NCBI RefSeq assembly: GCF_000981445.1
Contig: NC_027218.1
Coordinates: 1,550,001 to 1,614,000, forward strand
Direction: 5' to 3'
DNA length: 64,000 nucleotides
DNA from: Babesia bigemina
Lineage: Eukaryota
Under the pieces are notes generated by a model, which ran no database searches, had not been told where the DNA came from, and saw only the letters and a list, made by a program, of their open reading frames with translations. Shown here piece by piece: positions 1 to 10,953 of this stretch (position 1 is the first letter of the stretch; the number at the start of each line of letters is the position of its first letter). Both the position numbers and the translations under genes were made by a program.

Positions 1-246
1 GTAGTTAAAGGCTGCAACGGGTACTCTTATGAGATGGAACTCGTGGATATCTCCTCGCTTGACGCAATGGACGAAATTGTCAGGGACCAAGCGGGGGCAC
101 CCGTGTTGGCCATCGAGAACAAGGCCGCATTCCATTTGCTCGGCTGCCACATCGACTACCAAGTATCGCAACTAGAGGAGGGGTTTGTCTTTGACAACCC
201 TAATGTCACATCAAAGTGTGGTTGTGGGCAATCGTTTCAATTCTGA
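1..246 (+). CDS. Iron-sulfur cluster assembly A-type carrier (IscA/HesB family), 5'-partial
   Basis: Frame 1 is open from base 1 (VVKGCNGYSY...). It carries the GCxGxxY motif and the C-terminal F.F.NPN...CGCGQSF signature. Confidence 0.92.
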   Translation, partial: VVKGCNGYSYEMELVDISSLDAMDEIVRDQAGAPVLAIENKAAFHLLGCHIDYQVSQLEEGFVFDNPNVTSKCGCGQSFQF

Positions 247-579
247 TATCTCGCCGCCATGGTGTGGTCTCTGACCTGCACTGACATTAAGACAGCCAAT
301 ACGGCGGCATTATCAAATCGAGTGCTGTATCACTTCACTATTTATACGCGGCATGGGAATGTTCCACCGTGCGCCACATAACAGCAAGTGTAAATCGCCT
401 TATTTTCATCGTTAAATCATGGGTTTATGAGGGTGGCAACAATGGTTCGTAAAATTGACAAACTGCGTCTGTCACGATGGGTTTGCCCGTGTGAGTGGCG
501 CATGAAATGTTGCGTTTACCCAGCAAGTATGCTGGCAACAAAATTATAAATTCTTGACACGGAGCCAGTAAAGTATAGA

Positions 580-2252
580 CTACATTTCTTGTGCTTGGAA
601 TCGCAGATAATCGATAAGGTCGTCGTGCGTGTTGAAGCTCAGGTTACCTATATCATTGGGGCACCATGCATGCTTTTGCAGCCTGCTGGAGTTGGCACCT
701 ACGAAAACAACGAGCACTCCATCTACTACGGCCATATCGGCAAGGTCTAGTGGTTTCAAACCATCGCTTTTACCCGTGTAGTAGAAGTGATAGACATCCT
801 CCAGTTGCAGCAGCCCGTCCGGCAAAGACCCAAACTGGTATATGTTGAGCATTTCTATTTCGCCATTCTTCGTAGATACCGTCACGTCAAATATGGCGCT
901 CCTAACTCCCCCTTTGTTTAAAACTCCCATTACAGATGGAGAATACGACTTCAAGGATCCCACCAGGGACTGTGCGTCTTTAGCCAGAAAGCCGAAGTTC
1001 TCGTTCACGAAGATTTGCTCCACGCACACTAGTTCATTTTCAAACAGGAAGCACCTCAACTGGAGCCGGCCTCGAAAATATATACCCGGGTATAGGGTTA
1101 AGTGACACTGTGATCCTTCTAGATCTTGCCAACAAGTTGACGACTTCAACAGCAACAACACCTCCCTAAATTGTGTAATAATCATAATGGTAAAACATAC
1201 CTTGCGGATGTGCATTCGACGTTCATATTCGCCACCCAGAGAGCATCGTCTAGAAATACTCCGTTTATGCTGGGAACGACCGATTGATACTTTGCAATCA
1301 ATGCCTTAAGCTTTTCCACAAATGGCTCCACTGCTGACCAGTCAAAACTGTCGTCCGAATCAGACATCGACTCATATCCATCGAAATCACTACCCGAATC
1401 CACATCTTTATACTTTATTTGGTCTATATTTGGTGGCATGCTCATATTGTCCGACTTTAGGTAATCTAGAAGCGACCCTTCAAGGATTTGAAGGCTGTTT
1501 GGTATTAGCATGCTGCCAAAATTGCGTTTCACGTTCTCATGTGAAAAACACACACCTTCGTCATTGTTCATAATATACATATGGCTTCCGATTGCTTTTT
1601 CGCCAGACTCACTGACCCAATTCCACAGAACGTACAGCACGGCATCAAGTGCCCCTATCTGCGGCGCTACCATGGAACTACCCTTCTCCTCGTTAAACGC
1701 ATATTCGCGCAGCAATCGCTTCATATGCTCCTTACAATGGCTCTCAACCGTGAATGAACCATTATCCATACCCTCTGCGTAAGTGGAGTAGTGCTTCCAC
1801 GCGGTTACGCCAGCAGGGCATGGCGGCATCTGCGTCGCCTCTGTTGGCACTACCTCCAAGATTCCATCCTCATTGTTATACGTTACACTTGCTGCATGAT
1901 CTATGTCGGCATAGAAAATGAACTTACCGCGAATGAGAGATAAGTGGAATCCTTCTACTGTCTGCACACCCTTGTCTGGTCTAGCCAATCCATCCGCAAA
2001 GAGCAAGAATTTGACATCTCCAGTGAGATGATTCGTTATAAAAGCGTCAGCATTAGTACTTGTAGAGCCAATTGAGGTGGATGTTGTAGATAGGTTGGCA
2101 GTTTTGGTTACCTCCAGGACGTTCCGCAGGCGAGTTGGTTCAATGCCTACACCCCTGGAAGTCTTTACACGCAGATGCCCCCCCAAACATTGCCACAAAC
2201 CCGTTATGAAAATTGGTCGCAGCGGATAATCGATGAGCAAAGACTCCATCAT
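580..2252 (-). CDS. Cdc123/D123-family ATP-grasp protein with long N-terminal extension; one intron (1166-1200)
   Basis: A 35-nt GT..AG intron joins ORFs 1182-2252 and 580-1215 in frame (ECTSAR|EVLLLLKSS). The motifs VVPSINGVFLDDALWV, LLLKSS and LRCFLFENELVCVEQ resemble Cdc123 (PKLNWSAPxDAxW, LLFKSS, EFRCFV). Confidence 0.7.
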
Positions 2253-2354
2253 CTGGTGGAATCCATGTTTAATCTTTTGATATATCCTGATACTCAGTCA
2301 CCCCAACACATCTCGGTATTCCAAGCTAAGGACTACCTTCTAATAAAAACAAAG

Positions 2355-2694
2355 ATGGAAAAATTCCCTTTCTACGGATTGGAGCCTAAAGAACGTCTGG
2401 CCAAGCTTAAGGAACATTTTCTCAAGTTCGAAGAGAATTCCACTAAACGTACTGTAGGTTTGCAATTTACGGTTAATTTTCTATATTATATCATGTTCAT
2501 GATTCAAAAGCAATAATATGCACATAATTCAGGTGAAAAACGAGTTAAAGCGCCTGACGGACGAACTGGTGGAGGCTGCCAATGCCAAGTTTGATGGTTG
2601 CGACGCGCTGCTTAAAATCGGTGAAGACCTTCTAGTAGAAGTTAAAACGAAGCATATCAACGATATTTTAGCACATATAAAGGATGTGTACTGA
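2355..2694 (+). CDS. Small hypothetical helical protein (86 aa), two exons (intron 2454-2532)
   Basis: ATG at 2355 starts a 33-codon exon, followed by a GTAGGT..TTCAG intron and a 54-codon second exon in phase 0 (VKNELKRLTDELVEAANAKFDG...DVY*). Confidence 0.6.
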
Positions 2695-3448
2695 CAATAT
2701 TATGTGATTACGATTATTTTCTGCGCTGGGAAGCATCGTAGCATGTCACTAGATATTCCCTCAGCATGAGAAAACCGTTGAGAGCGCATTAATCAATGAG
2801 AACTGACGTTATACGTAAAGATATGATAACATGATTAAAGATCATACAGATGTTACATAATATTTTCTGCCTACAAAACTATGAATATATACGTAGACAT
2901 ACTGAAATATCATAGGGTCCTATAATTACACGCCTCTGTGATTATATGCGATTTTGCATCTGAATACTGCTGCAAAAAGCTGGTTGTATTCGATTACCGT
3001 CTACTGTCGTGTAGCGTCGTTAAGAGTGATGCTGATCTATTGCATTAAGTATGGAATTGTTCACCGCATAATATCTACGCGCGCTTCTACATATGGAATT
3101 TCACAATAGACAATGGTATGAATTGATTCCCAATGTCGAAATCCTGCGGTGTATAATAGCATGAGGCACGCTCTATTTACTATGGCTCGGCGTGTTAAAC
3201 TGTTTGCACTCGTTACTGCTTACAGTATGGTTTTGCTTTTACACCAGACGTTCATCGCAACAACTACTCTTTGATGCCTTAAGAGATTATTGGATGGCAG
3301 GTTTCGCTATACCATTAGTGTGATGAGTGACGTGCTCCAAAATCTCTTAATGATGCCAAAAGAAATACAAAATGGCATTGTACGACAGCACATACACATT
3401 CGAGTCCTAAGTTGTAATTACCATCTTGACCCGGTCAGATAGTATCGA

Positions 3449-3838
3449 TTAGGTGAAATTCTCCTTATTACCTAGGATAGGATAGTAACCACTGAAGTAA
3501 GAGCGTAGTCCGTCCAATGCAGGATTTGGCACCCATACCAGGCAATATATAATGTATCCAACGACTATCGATACTCCTAGAAAGATGGCAAAAGCCATTG
3601 GACCTTTGCGATCTTGGCAACATGGGCATTTACAGGTGAACCAATTTTTACACGTCCCGCAGCCATTGTGCTTGCATTTTTTTGTTTCTTTAGTGGCTTT
3701 ACAATGCTTGCATTCATGACTCTCATTGCATTGCTTACAACACCAGGCACAGCACTTACAGTCTGATTCGCAGTCAGTCTTGCTATCCTTCCAGCATGGA
3801 CAGCGTGTCAAACCCCTCCACCCCTGCCCATTACCCAT
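3449..3838 (-). CDS. Cys/Lys-rich small protein with C-terminal TM helix; resembles the VESA1a Cys-Lys-rich domain
   Basis: 18 Cys in about 62 aa (WRGLTRCPCW...CKCCAWCC...), then hydrophobic MAFAIFLGVSIVVGYIIYCLVWV. A splice-acceptor-like TTTTCAG lies just upstream, so the 5' end is uncertain. Confidence 0.6.
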   Translation of the reverse strand: MGNGQGWRGLTRCPCWKDSKTDCESDCKCCAWCCKQCNESHECKHCKATKETKKCKHNGCGTCKNWFTCKCPCCQDRKGPMAFAIFLGVSIVVGYIIYCLVWVPNPALDGLRSYFSGYYPILGNKENFT

Positions 3839-5284
3839 TCTAGCAAACCCTGAAAAGCGATTATCAACTCGCGCGATATTCAGTACCAGTTGGGGAAGTT
3901 GACACCTTAATCACCGCAGTATCGATGCAGCAAAATATGTTTGCCGCTGATGGTCGCTATATAACTTTCCGCTGAATGAAAACTGCTGCAGAAGAGCGGA
4001 TGTTGATGCATGGCGCGATGGGTCAGCATGGGCAACCACATCTTCTATTCAACCCAATACATATGCGTTATTCACAATATATGTGGTGTTACAATATATT
4101 TTGTCGGAATCATATCTCATGGCCCGTACAGGTTTACATCGCTATATGCTATGCGTCTCTCGAGCTAAAGAAGGTAGAAAATGAGCGATTAAGGTAACAA
4201 AAGGATTTGTTCTGTTACTGCTTCAATTATGAGCACACAAATATACGGAGCCAACGCGCCGCCCGCTGGTTGTGGGTGGTATGAGGGTAAGCTCTCTGCC
4301 CATAAGCCGAGAACAAAATGGATTGCCCTATGTAGACATTCACAAGCAATTGTGATGATCCTTTTTTTAAACATTAACCAGTTGCCATAAAATGCAGCTT
4401 TCTTCGACTTTGCGACAAACCGGTCCTTTTAACGGTGTTGATTAAATCCTTTTGCGGACTTATCATTCGATACATTTCGCCTCACACGTTCTTCAGGCCT
4501 TCTGTATCAAAACACAGATGGATGATGAAATGTGTTCAGAATACGTGAAATAGTGCTGAACAAGAGAGAAATGATATGTTTTGAGAAATTTTCAAAACAT
4601 GCCTCTTCCAGTTCCTCTAATCACCTTCCCGAATCGAGGAATTCCAGTCATCGGTGTAAATTGTTCACAGAAAACTCCAAACGTATATTGAGTGCATATT
4701 TTGAGACACATGGTGTCTAATATGCTCCACTGCCATCGAATGCTTTACGTCTCGTCATTATTCGCAATACGCATTTCCTCACAATTGTAGTAGCAGAAAA
4801 GATGTAATTGGAACTCACTCCGGGAAATTATATGGGTGCATTAATCGATTGCAGCATACCTCAAGTTACGCCATTTTATCCCCACTGTAAAACAGTGCCT
4901 CACACTGTTGCATTGCCTATCCCTGAGTGGGCGCCAGAAATAATGGCCGCTTCGTCCAGCGCTCATGCAGCACCGCTTATTTAATACTTACTCAATTCGA
5001 TTCATCGTAGGCAAAACATATCTAACACTGGCGTGATTAATGCTTTGCCTTCAGCTGACAACCGCTTTAACCCAGACTCTGATACCCCACCAATGGGGTG
5101 TTAAGCACTGTAACGAGCATTGACATAAATACATATGACCATAACAAGAACGCTGTTTACAACTGTCCATAGCTCATCGATTTGAATGTTCAACGATCCA
5201 GACCAATAAGCACAAACAATTCCTCTCGGTCGAATGTTGCCGCCGGTAACATTGTGGCATTAGATCTGACTCAACATCAGTTAA

Positions 5285-6234
5285 GGTGCGCCAATAAACG
5301 CCAAGAATAGATGGACTAAATATACTAACGAAGACACCACATACCACGACGGATTTTCCGAATGCTTATGCTCCTGGCGCCTCTGGCAGCTGATGCCTGT
5401 AACACCATCCCAATATTGGAAAGGATATTGTATTTTACAACATCTTAGCCGTAAGTTGAAATTATTGACAGATGATGGATCATATTTATGTTTCTGTATT
5501 GCGACAGAGAGAATGGATGATGAGGCCGTAGCTCCATTTATTAACTTAATGTGAAAATGGGCAACCCGGTAACAGTTCGATGCATGTCACCGACTTCATG
5601 ACATAACATAGGGAGTGATTAATATGCGTGGTCCGGAAATCTTGTAAGCTCTGAAAGAGTACCAATATTTTATTTACAAGCGGGTATTTCGCGCAGGAAA
5701 ACGAGGAAGTTTGGAACGTCCAAAAGACTTCGTCAGCAAAAGTGGTTATTAAAAAGTCAGTTCTAAACATCAAAGATATATGCTTTGGCAGTTTGATGAA
5801 CATGTGCATTGGCTGTGAATGTCGACATTTGCATGCGGATATACGGTATGATGGTGGGCGAAACCTAAGACCGGCAGATAAACGCCTGGCGTATAATTAC
5901 TTTTCCAACGGGTACTAACTTCAGCTTGATTCTACATATAATTCAATCAATTGAACATACATTTCTAAATACCCACATGTGATTTCCTGGTACGTTGTTT
6001 AAGTTTCTGCAGGGTCTTACGAATTTGACGTTTGGCAAGATGACGATGACTGATCATGAAAAAAAAATTTTAGCTCCTTTATGTGCCATCCTTAGCCTCC
6101 TGGTACTTGCCGCGTTGACCATTTTAGTATGCAAAATACTCAACAGCAACGGGATTGAGACAATATTTGACAAAATGTTTCGTTCCAAGTCTACCATCTC
6201 ATACCCAGCCAACACAACAAACAATCTCTCTTAA
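5285..6234 (+). pseudogene. Fragmented or multi-exon ves1-like (VESA1b-like) gene ending in a TM helix
   Basis: Open segments at 5285-5554 (GAPINAKNRW...SECLCSWRLWQLMPVTPSQYW), 5655-5918 (NEEVWNVQK...KDICFGSLMNMCIGCEC) and 6013-6234 (TM ILAPLCAILSLLVLAALTILV). The VESA1b resemblance is from memory, and I could not build a clean in-frame splice path. Confidence 0.4.
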
Positions 6235-6410
6235 CATCACTAGGTACACATAGCGCTACTATTCACTGAAACAATGTAATGGTAATGTGATGACATACTC
6301 GGAGAACGAACACTGCACATTATACATGTCGCCACGTTTTACACAATCACCAACGACGAAACCAATAAACAGCAGAAAGACGAACAGGCAACTAAAAACA
6401 TTATTTTCAT

Positions 6411-8669
6411 TTATGCGTCTACTTTGAGCATGTTCCGCATGCCTACTATGTCCGTAGTCAGCAGAAGTATCTGTTGACTTTGCTTCTGGTTAAGGTATGC
6501 GACGGCGGCAATTTCGCCCAGCGTCACGCCTCCCAGATAACCCAATAGCTTATAGGTTGCAGCTTTGGCTTCCTGGCGCTTCTGATCAGCAACGAGGCCT
6601 TTCTGCCGCAGCACCGACACTGGGCAATTAAGCAATCGTAGCTCCGACTGAATGGAACCTATGCCACGTGACAGCACGATCAACTGATACAACCGCAACG
6701 ATATTGGCGCGTAACCTCCGAAAATCATCGAGTAGTCAGCTGTACCTGTGTCCCTATCTACCAGCAAATTTAACTTCTTGCAAAGACGAGACCACCGCAG
6801 TCCGTCTGGCGCATCGTTAATGCGCACCATCCCCATGCGTTCAAGCTCATGCATCGCCAGCAACTGGTTGAACCCGTACTGATCTACCACGGCGCGTTTG
6901 ATGTTCTGCAAATCGCTAGACTTGATCCCATCTCGTGTTTGGCTTGCAAGCACCAGCAGCCTATACAGCTGATTAACGTCGACGTTCCAGAAAATGAGAT
7001 CCAGGAACAGTGCAACACACGGGTCGCACGGCTTGTTGAACAGTTTAGCTGTAATGGAGGCCAACTTGGAGTCATCCGGCTTCACGTCCGACGAGCATTG
7101 CAGTATGGTGTCCTCCATGTGCTGCAAGAGTTGGATGAGATCGCCGTTGACCAGCGAAGAGAGCCACGACATCAAGTTGACATGCACTGAGAGTTCGGAA
7201 TGCTCCTTTTGCAGGTTTTTAAATTTCTTCACGAAAGCGTCCATTTCGCCTAGAGTAGACAAATCGCCGCGTTCGTACCCTTTGTGCACCTGTAGCGCAC
7301 GTTGATGCAGGTACTTGCCCACCTCGCTGTAGTTCATCCAGCGTATATCTTTGTACAGAGGCGAGCTCAGCGTCAGGACAGAGCCGGATTGAGTGGCTCT
7401 AGCAGCTAATGCCCCTCTATTTGATGCGATATTACTGCGATATTGGTCCAGGATGCCTATAGGTGCAGCGCCCGCTGAACCCTCCACAACCCCGGGCGGC
7501 AGGTGCGCATGACCCTGTACCACTCCAAACAGGTTATCCAGTAGGCCCTCGTATGTGAAGTTGAGGCACATAGGAGTCACCAAATCCACATATCGGTCTA
7601 TAAGCACAGCCTCGTCCACAACCGACGACTGACGAAGCAGTCGCATGGTGTCCGTGGTCGCCTGCGCACTAGCATTACTACCTTTATCTCCTGCTTTCGC
7701 AGACTGTGTTTCGGCAGAGTCAGCCGCTGTGCCCTGTTTCCTGTAGCGATTCTCATTCATTTCCTTGGTCAGATACGGCATGTCCGACCCCGAGTGCGAC
7801 CGCTCAGAGCCGAGTATGATCAGGTCAGCCGCGGAGTCTCTTCGACCCTTCAGCATGACCTCACCCACCAGCCGCGAAAGGTGCCCTAGACATGTGACTC
7901 TTGGCACTGCGCCGTCGAATATCCGACTTTCCAGGTGCTCAAACGCTTTGGCGTAGAACCACGACGCCATCGGATCCCCTTCCGCGTAGAACGTCTGGAA
8001 TGACCGGGAGATGAACATGGAAAGCACGCACGACTCAACCGGCGCCATATGGACATTGCAGCTGTATAGGTGCACCACTCGATTGCCATGGTGCCCACCG
8101 ATGCCGCGCAGCACGGTGAACGACTTGCCAAGCATCCCCTGCAGCACGCCGGGGAACATGTCGGACACCTCCGGCAGACACAAGACGTAGCACTCGCTCC
8201 TGTCATAATGTAGCACCGACTTGAGCTGAGAAGCATCTGGCAGCGTCGGTCGAATCATGTACAGTGTGTATGAGCCGCCAGTCGCCTTGCCGTCGCCCTT
8301 CCTCGGTGATGAGCGCCATGACTGTTGAGCAGCCAGCGTCTTAAAGGAGTCCAGTCCCAGAGCCGAAAGCTCGTCCGTGGCGAACAAATGCGATACAAGG
8401 TCGTGCACATCCTGCGTGCAGTTCACATTCAGCTTATTTCCTTTGGATATGAACTGACGTATCCAGCCGGCACTGTCCTGCGATTCACCCCTTTCCGGGG
8501 AGGAAACAGTCCCAGCGACACGATACGGAACCTGTCTATGCCCGTTAACATCGTTTGACGAGGCGCTAGATTCCGCAGATTGCGACCTTTCGATGGAAAC
8601 GATGACGTTTGCGATGGAAGACAGGAGCTCCGCTCTGGCGTCTGAGGCGACCCTGTCTACCAGCGACAT
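6411..8669 (-). CDS. VPS33: Vps33-like Sec1/Munc18-family protein
   Basis: Motifs LIDRYVDLVTPMCLNFTYEGLLDNLFG, LYKDIRWMNYSEVGKYL and YSMIFGGYAPISLRL, plus C-terminal YLGGVTLGEIAA. First ATG taken at 8669. Confidence 0.88.
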   Translation of the reverse strand: MSLVDRVASDARAELLSSIANVIVSIERSQSAESSASSNDVNGHRQVPYRVAGTVSSPERGESQDSAGWIRQFISKGNKLNVNCTQDVHDLVSHLFATDELSALGLDSFKTLAAQQSWRSSPRKGDGKATGGSYTLYMIRPTLPDASQLKSVLHYDRSECYVLCLPEVSDMFPGVLQGMLGKSFTVLRGIGGHHGNRVVHLYSCNVHMAPVESCVLSMFISRSFQTFYAEGDPMASWFYAKAFEHLESRIFDGAVPRVTCLGHLSRLVGEVMLKGRRDSAADLIILGSERSHSGSDMPYLTKEMNENRYRKQGTAADSAETQSAKAGDKGSNASAQATTDTMRLLRQSSVVDEAVLIDRYVDLVTPMCLNFTYEGLLDNLFGVVQGHAHLPPGVVEGSAGAAPIGILDQYRSNIASNRGALAARATQSGSVLTLSSPLYKDIRWMNYSEVGKYLHQRALQVHKGYERGDLSTLGEMDAFVKKFKNLQKEHSELSVHVNLMSWLSSLVNGDLIQLLQHMEDTILQCSSDVKPDDSKLASITAKLFNKPCDPCVALFLDLIFWNVDVNQLYRLLVLASQTRDGIKSSDLQNIKRAVVDQYGFNQLLAMHELERMGMVRINDAPDGLRWSRLCKKLNLLVDRDTGTADYSMIFGGYAPISLRLYQLIVLSRGIGSIQSELRLLNCPVSVLRQKGLVADQKRQEAKAATYKLLGYLGGVTLGEIAAVAYLNQKQSQQILLLTTDIVGMRNMLKVDA

Positions 8670-8820
8670 CGCGTATTTCGACACCCAGACCCTCACACAC
8701 CACTCACATTTGCACTTCCGAAACTAAAAATGACACCATCCACTGGCGATAACCAGCGGATACGGCACACCCTACTGAACGTTCAGGGGTAGGCGCCGTC
8801 AACACCGTTCACTGTGAACC

Positions 8821-9281
8821 ATGGAAACGGAGCTCAAGGCATATTTAACACTGCTTCTATCTTATGTAATTCTAGGTACGGTGTGTGGCGAGCCTTTCAT
8901 CGCCAACAGGACTTTATTTCGTATGGGCGCTCACCCCCGAGTGGATCATCAACTCGTACGGCATCACCTACTACCCCTCAAAGTAAGTCCCCTTGCAACT
9001 TCGCTTCCGGTCATCCGCGTGATTTCAGGCACTGGGCTGTTGCACTGCCTTCGTCGCTACTGATTTTGGGATTTTACTTTCTGCTCTACAACTTCTTCAC
9101 TGAGAGGTCCATGCTACCGCCTCTCAATTCCCCTTCCGCCTTCACCGGTATTGCACGTCCTCATATTAGTAACTGATTCGCAGACGTGCATGCTCAACAG
9201 GTACTCCGCATCCGCGAAAAGCAGAAGATACCGCTACACGACGTCCCGCTGGGATCAGTCAACCAGCTGCTATACGGCTAG
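8821..9281 (+). CDS. PIGP: GPI-GlcNAc transferase subunit P (PIG-P/Gpi19), 4 exons (introns 8876-8909, 8983-9028, 9148-9183)
   Basis: Spliced product is [50 protein letters not shown]...PPLNSPSAFTD...IPLHDVPLGSVNQLLYG*. WA..P.....[10 protein letters not shown].A.P is the PIG-P hallmark. It is not visible as one ORF in the track. Confidence 0.9.
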
Positions 9282-9931
9282 CCCACGTTGCGCGACGCAA
9301 AACTCACGAAAGTTCTAAAAGAACTTGTATGGTTTTACAATTGAGATTTAGAAGTTAAACCAGTGCCACAACGTGCCGTTTTAAACGCACTGCTAGAGAC
9401 AACTCTGTGAGAGTTTGCAAATATTGCACAGTTCTTCGCCGTTGAGTTCAAACACGGCACACGCCGCCTTTTCGCAGCCAGACACCTACAAGGTACCAGC
9501 TCGATGGGTGGCCGTACAACGACGGTGCTTGCCGCATCATGTCACCACATGTGCGGCCAGCCCCTTTGCGGCGCCTCCACTTTAAGGCCAGTGTTTGACA
9601 GACCGCGTGCGTGCGGCCAGTTCCACGAAGGCACCGCCACTCAGCCATTCCGAAGCAGGCGTCCCACTCCAGAGCCTAGCGGACCCTGATGTGCCAACAC
9701 TGCCAATGGAGAACAGCGGTACTCGCTTCGGCCATCTCTCCACCCGAAACCAGCCGATGTCACGTAATGGGTATTACAAATACCCATTAGGGAAAAGCCC
9801 TGCTAAACCACCTCGACACATGACGTAGCCGCAGTTCCGTAGTGCAACTAATGGCAACATTTCCAATATCTCCGAACCAGTGGCCTGAATACAGCCTTTA
9901 CCTGCTCCAGAACTGGGAACCCCATGTGGCT

Positions 9932-10852
9932 TCATGTGGACAGTGCCCTCAGGAAGTCCGGGAACGTGTTCGCGCTGTACATGCTCCTGATCGGCACCGG
10001 CGGCGACACGGTGATGTCGCTGACGAGGCCCGCACCGTCGAAGTGTACCATCTCGGTGTAGTACAGGAGCAGGGCAGAGCGCCTCTCCCTGGGCTGGCGG
10101 TGCCCCCTGAAGAGCTGGATCTTCGTGTCGGTGTTCCAGAACAGCATGATGTCGAGGTTGAGCACGTGGGCGAGCGCGTCAATATCCTCGTACGACCCCC
10201 AGGTGTATGGGTTCCTCACTTGCGAGAGCATGTTGTAGACCCTCTTGGCGATGTCAACGCGGTCGCCACCGGCCAAGATCTCCTGGTAGAACTTGCTTGG
10301 GCCCCACCTCATGTCTCCGTAATCTGATGAGCCCTCCACTTGCGATAGGATTTCCAGCTTGGTGATGAAAATGTCCTTCTCCCAGAAGGGCAGTGCGTTC
10401 AGGTTGTTCGGGTCGACTCCGATGAAGCTGATGGCGCAGATGCGGCGCAGGTCGGCCACCGTGTAGTACTCGCCGCTGAAGTGGAGGTCCTCCAGAGAGA
10501 TCGAGATGCCCGCCGGCAACGTCTTGACGGTGATGCCCACCCTCTGGATCGTGAGCTCGTAGTCCTTAAGGATGCCGGCAATGGCGTTGTAGAGGCAGTT
10601 GCCATCGGCGCCGTAGTTCTTCCTGCAGAGCGCCATGCCGTTGCGGCGCAGGAACGAGTCCCAGCGAGAGGTCGTGCGCTTCCACGAGGAGTAGCGGTCA
10701 CACGGGTGGACTGCGCTCCATCCCCGAGCGCCTGCTTGCCCATGTGTGTGTATCAGCGCGTCGGACCTAAGGCTGCCAGTGCTCCCGTTGCCGGCCGCAA
10801 GGCAGAGCTGCGCCGTAAGGGCACACATCAACGCGAAAAAGACACGCTTCAT
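9932..10852 (-). CDS. OTU-like cysteine protease (deubiquitinase-like) with signal peptide, paralog 1
   Basis: Signal-like MKRVFFALMCALTAQLCLA, Cys box GADGNCLYNAIA, WGSYEDIDALAHVLNLDIMLF, and His box LLYYTEMVHFD. Confidence 0.82.
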   Translation of the reverse strand: MKRVFFALMCALTAQLCLAAGNGSTGSLRSDALIHTHGQAGARGWSAVHPCDRYSSWKRTTSRWDSFLRRNGMALCRKNYGADGNCLYNAIAGILKDYELTIQRVGITVKTLPAGISISLEDLHFSGEYYTVADLRRICAISFIGVDPNNLNALPFWEKDIFITKLEILSQVEGSSDYGDMRWGPSKFYQEILAGGDRVDIAKRVYNMLSQVRNPYTWGSYEDIDALAHVLNLDIMLFWNTDTKIQLFRGHRQPRERRSALLLYYTEMVHFDGAGLVSDITVSPPVPIRSMYSANTFPDFLRALST

Positions 10853-10953
10853 TGCTACTAGTGAATATAAAATGTTAGTTCGGCGCACCGCTGCCTAGCG
10901 GTGCCACCCTGTCTGGCCGTCGCCATTGCACCGGGAATCCGACTTCTGACTTC

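Noticed and set aside
9830..9910. U1-like (TTGCACTAC) and SRP-like (GGAGCAGGT) words on the minus strand
   Set aside because: The U1 5' ACTTACCTGG, the Sm site and the SRP GNRA helix 8 are not present in the right arrangement.
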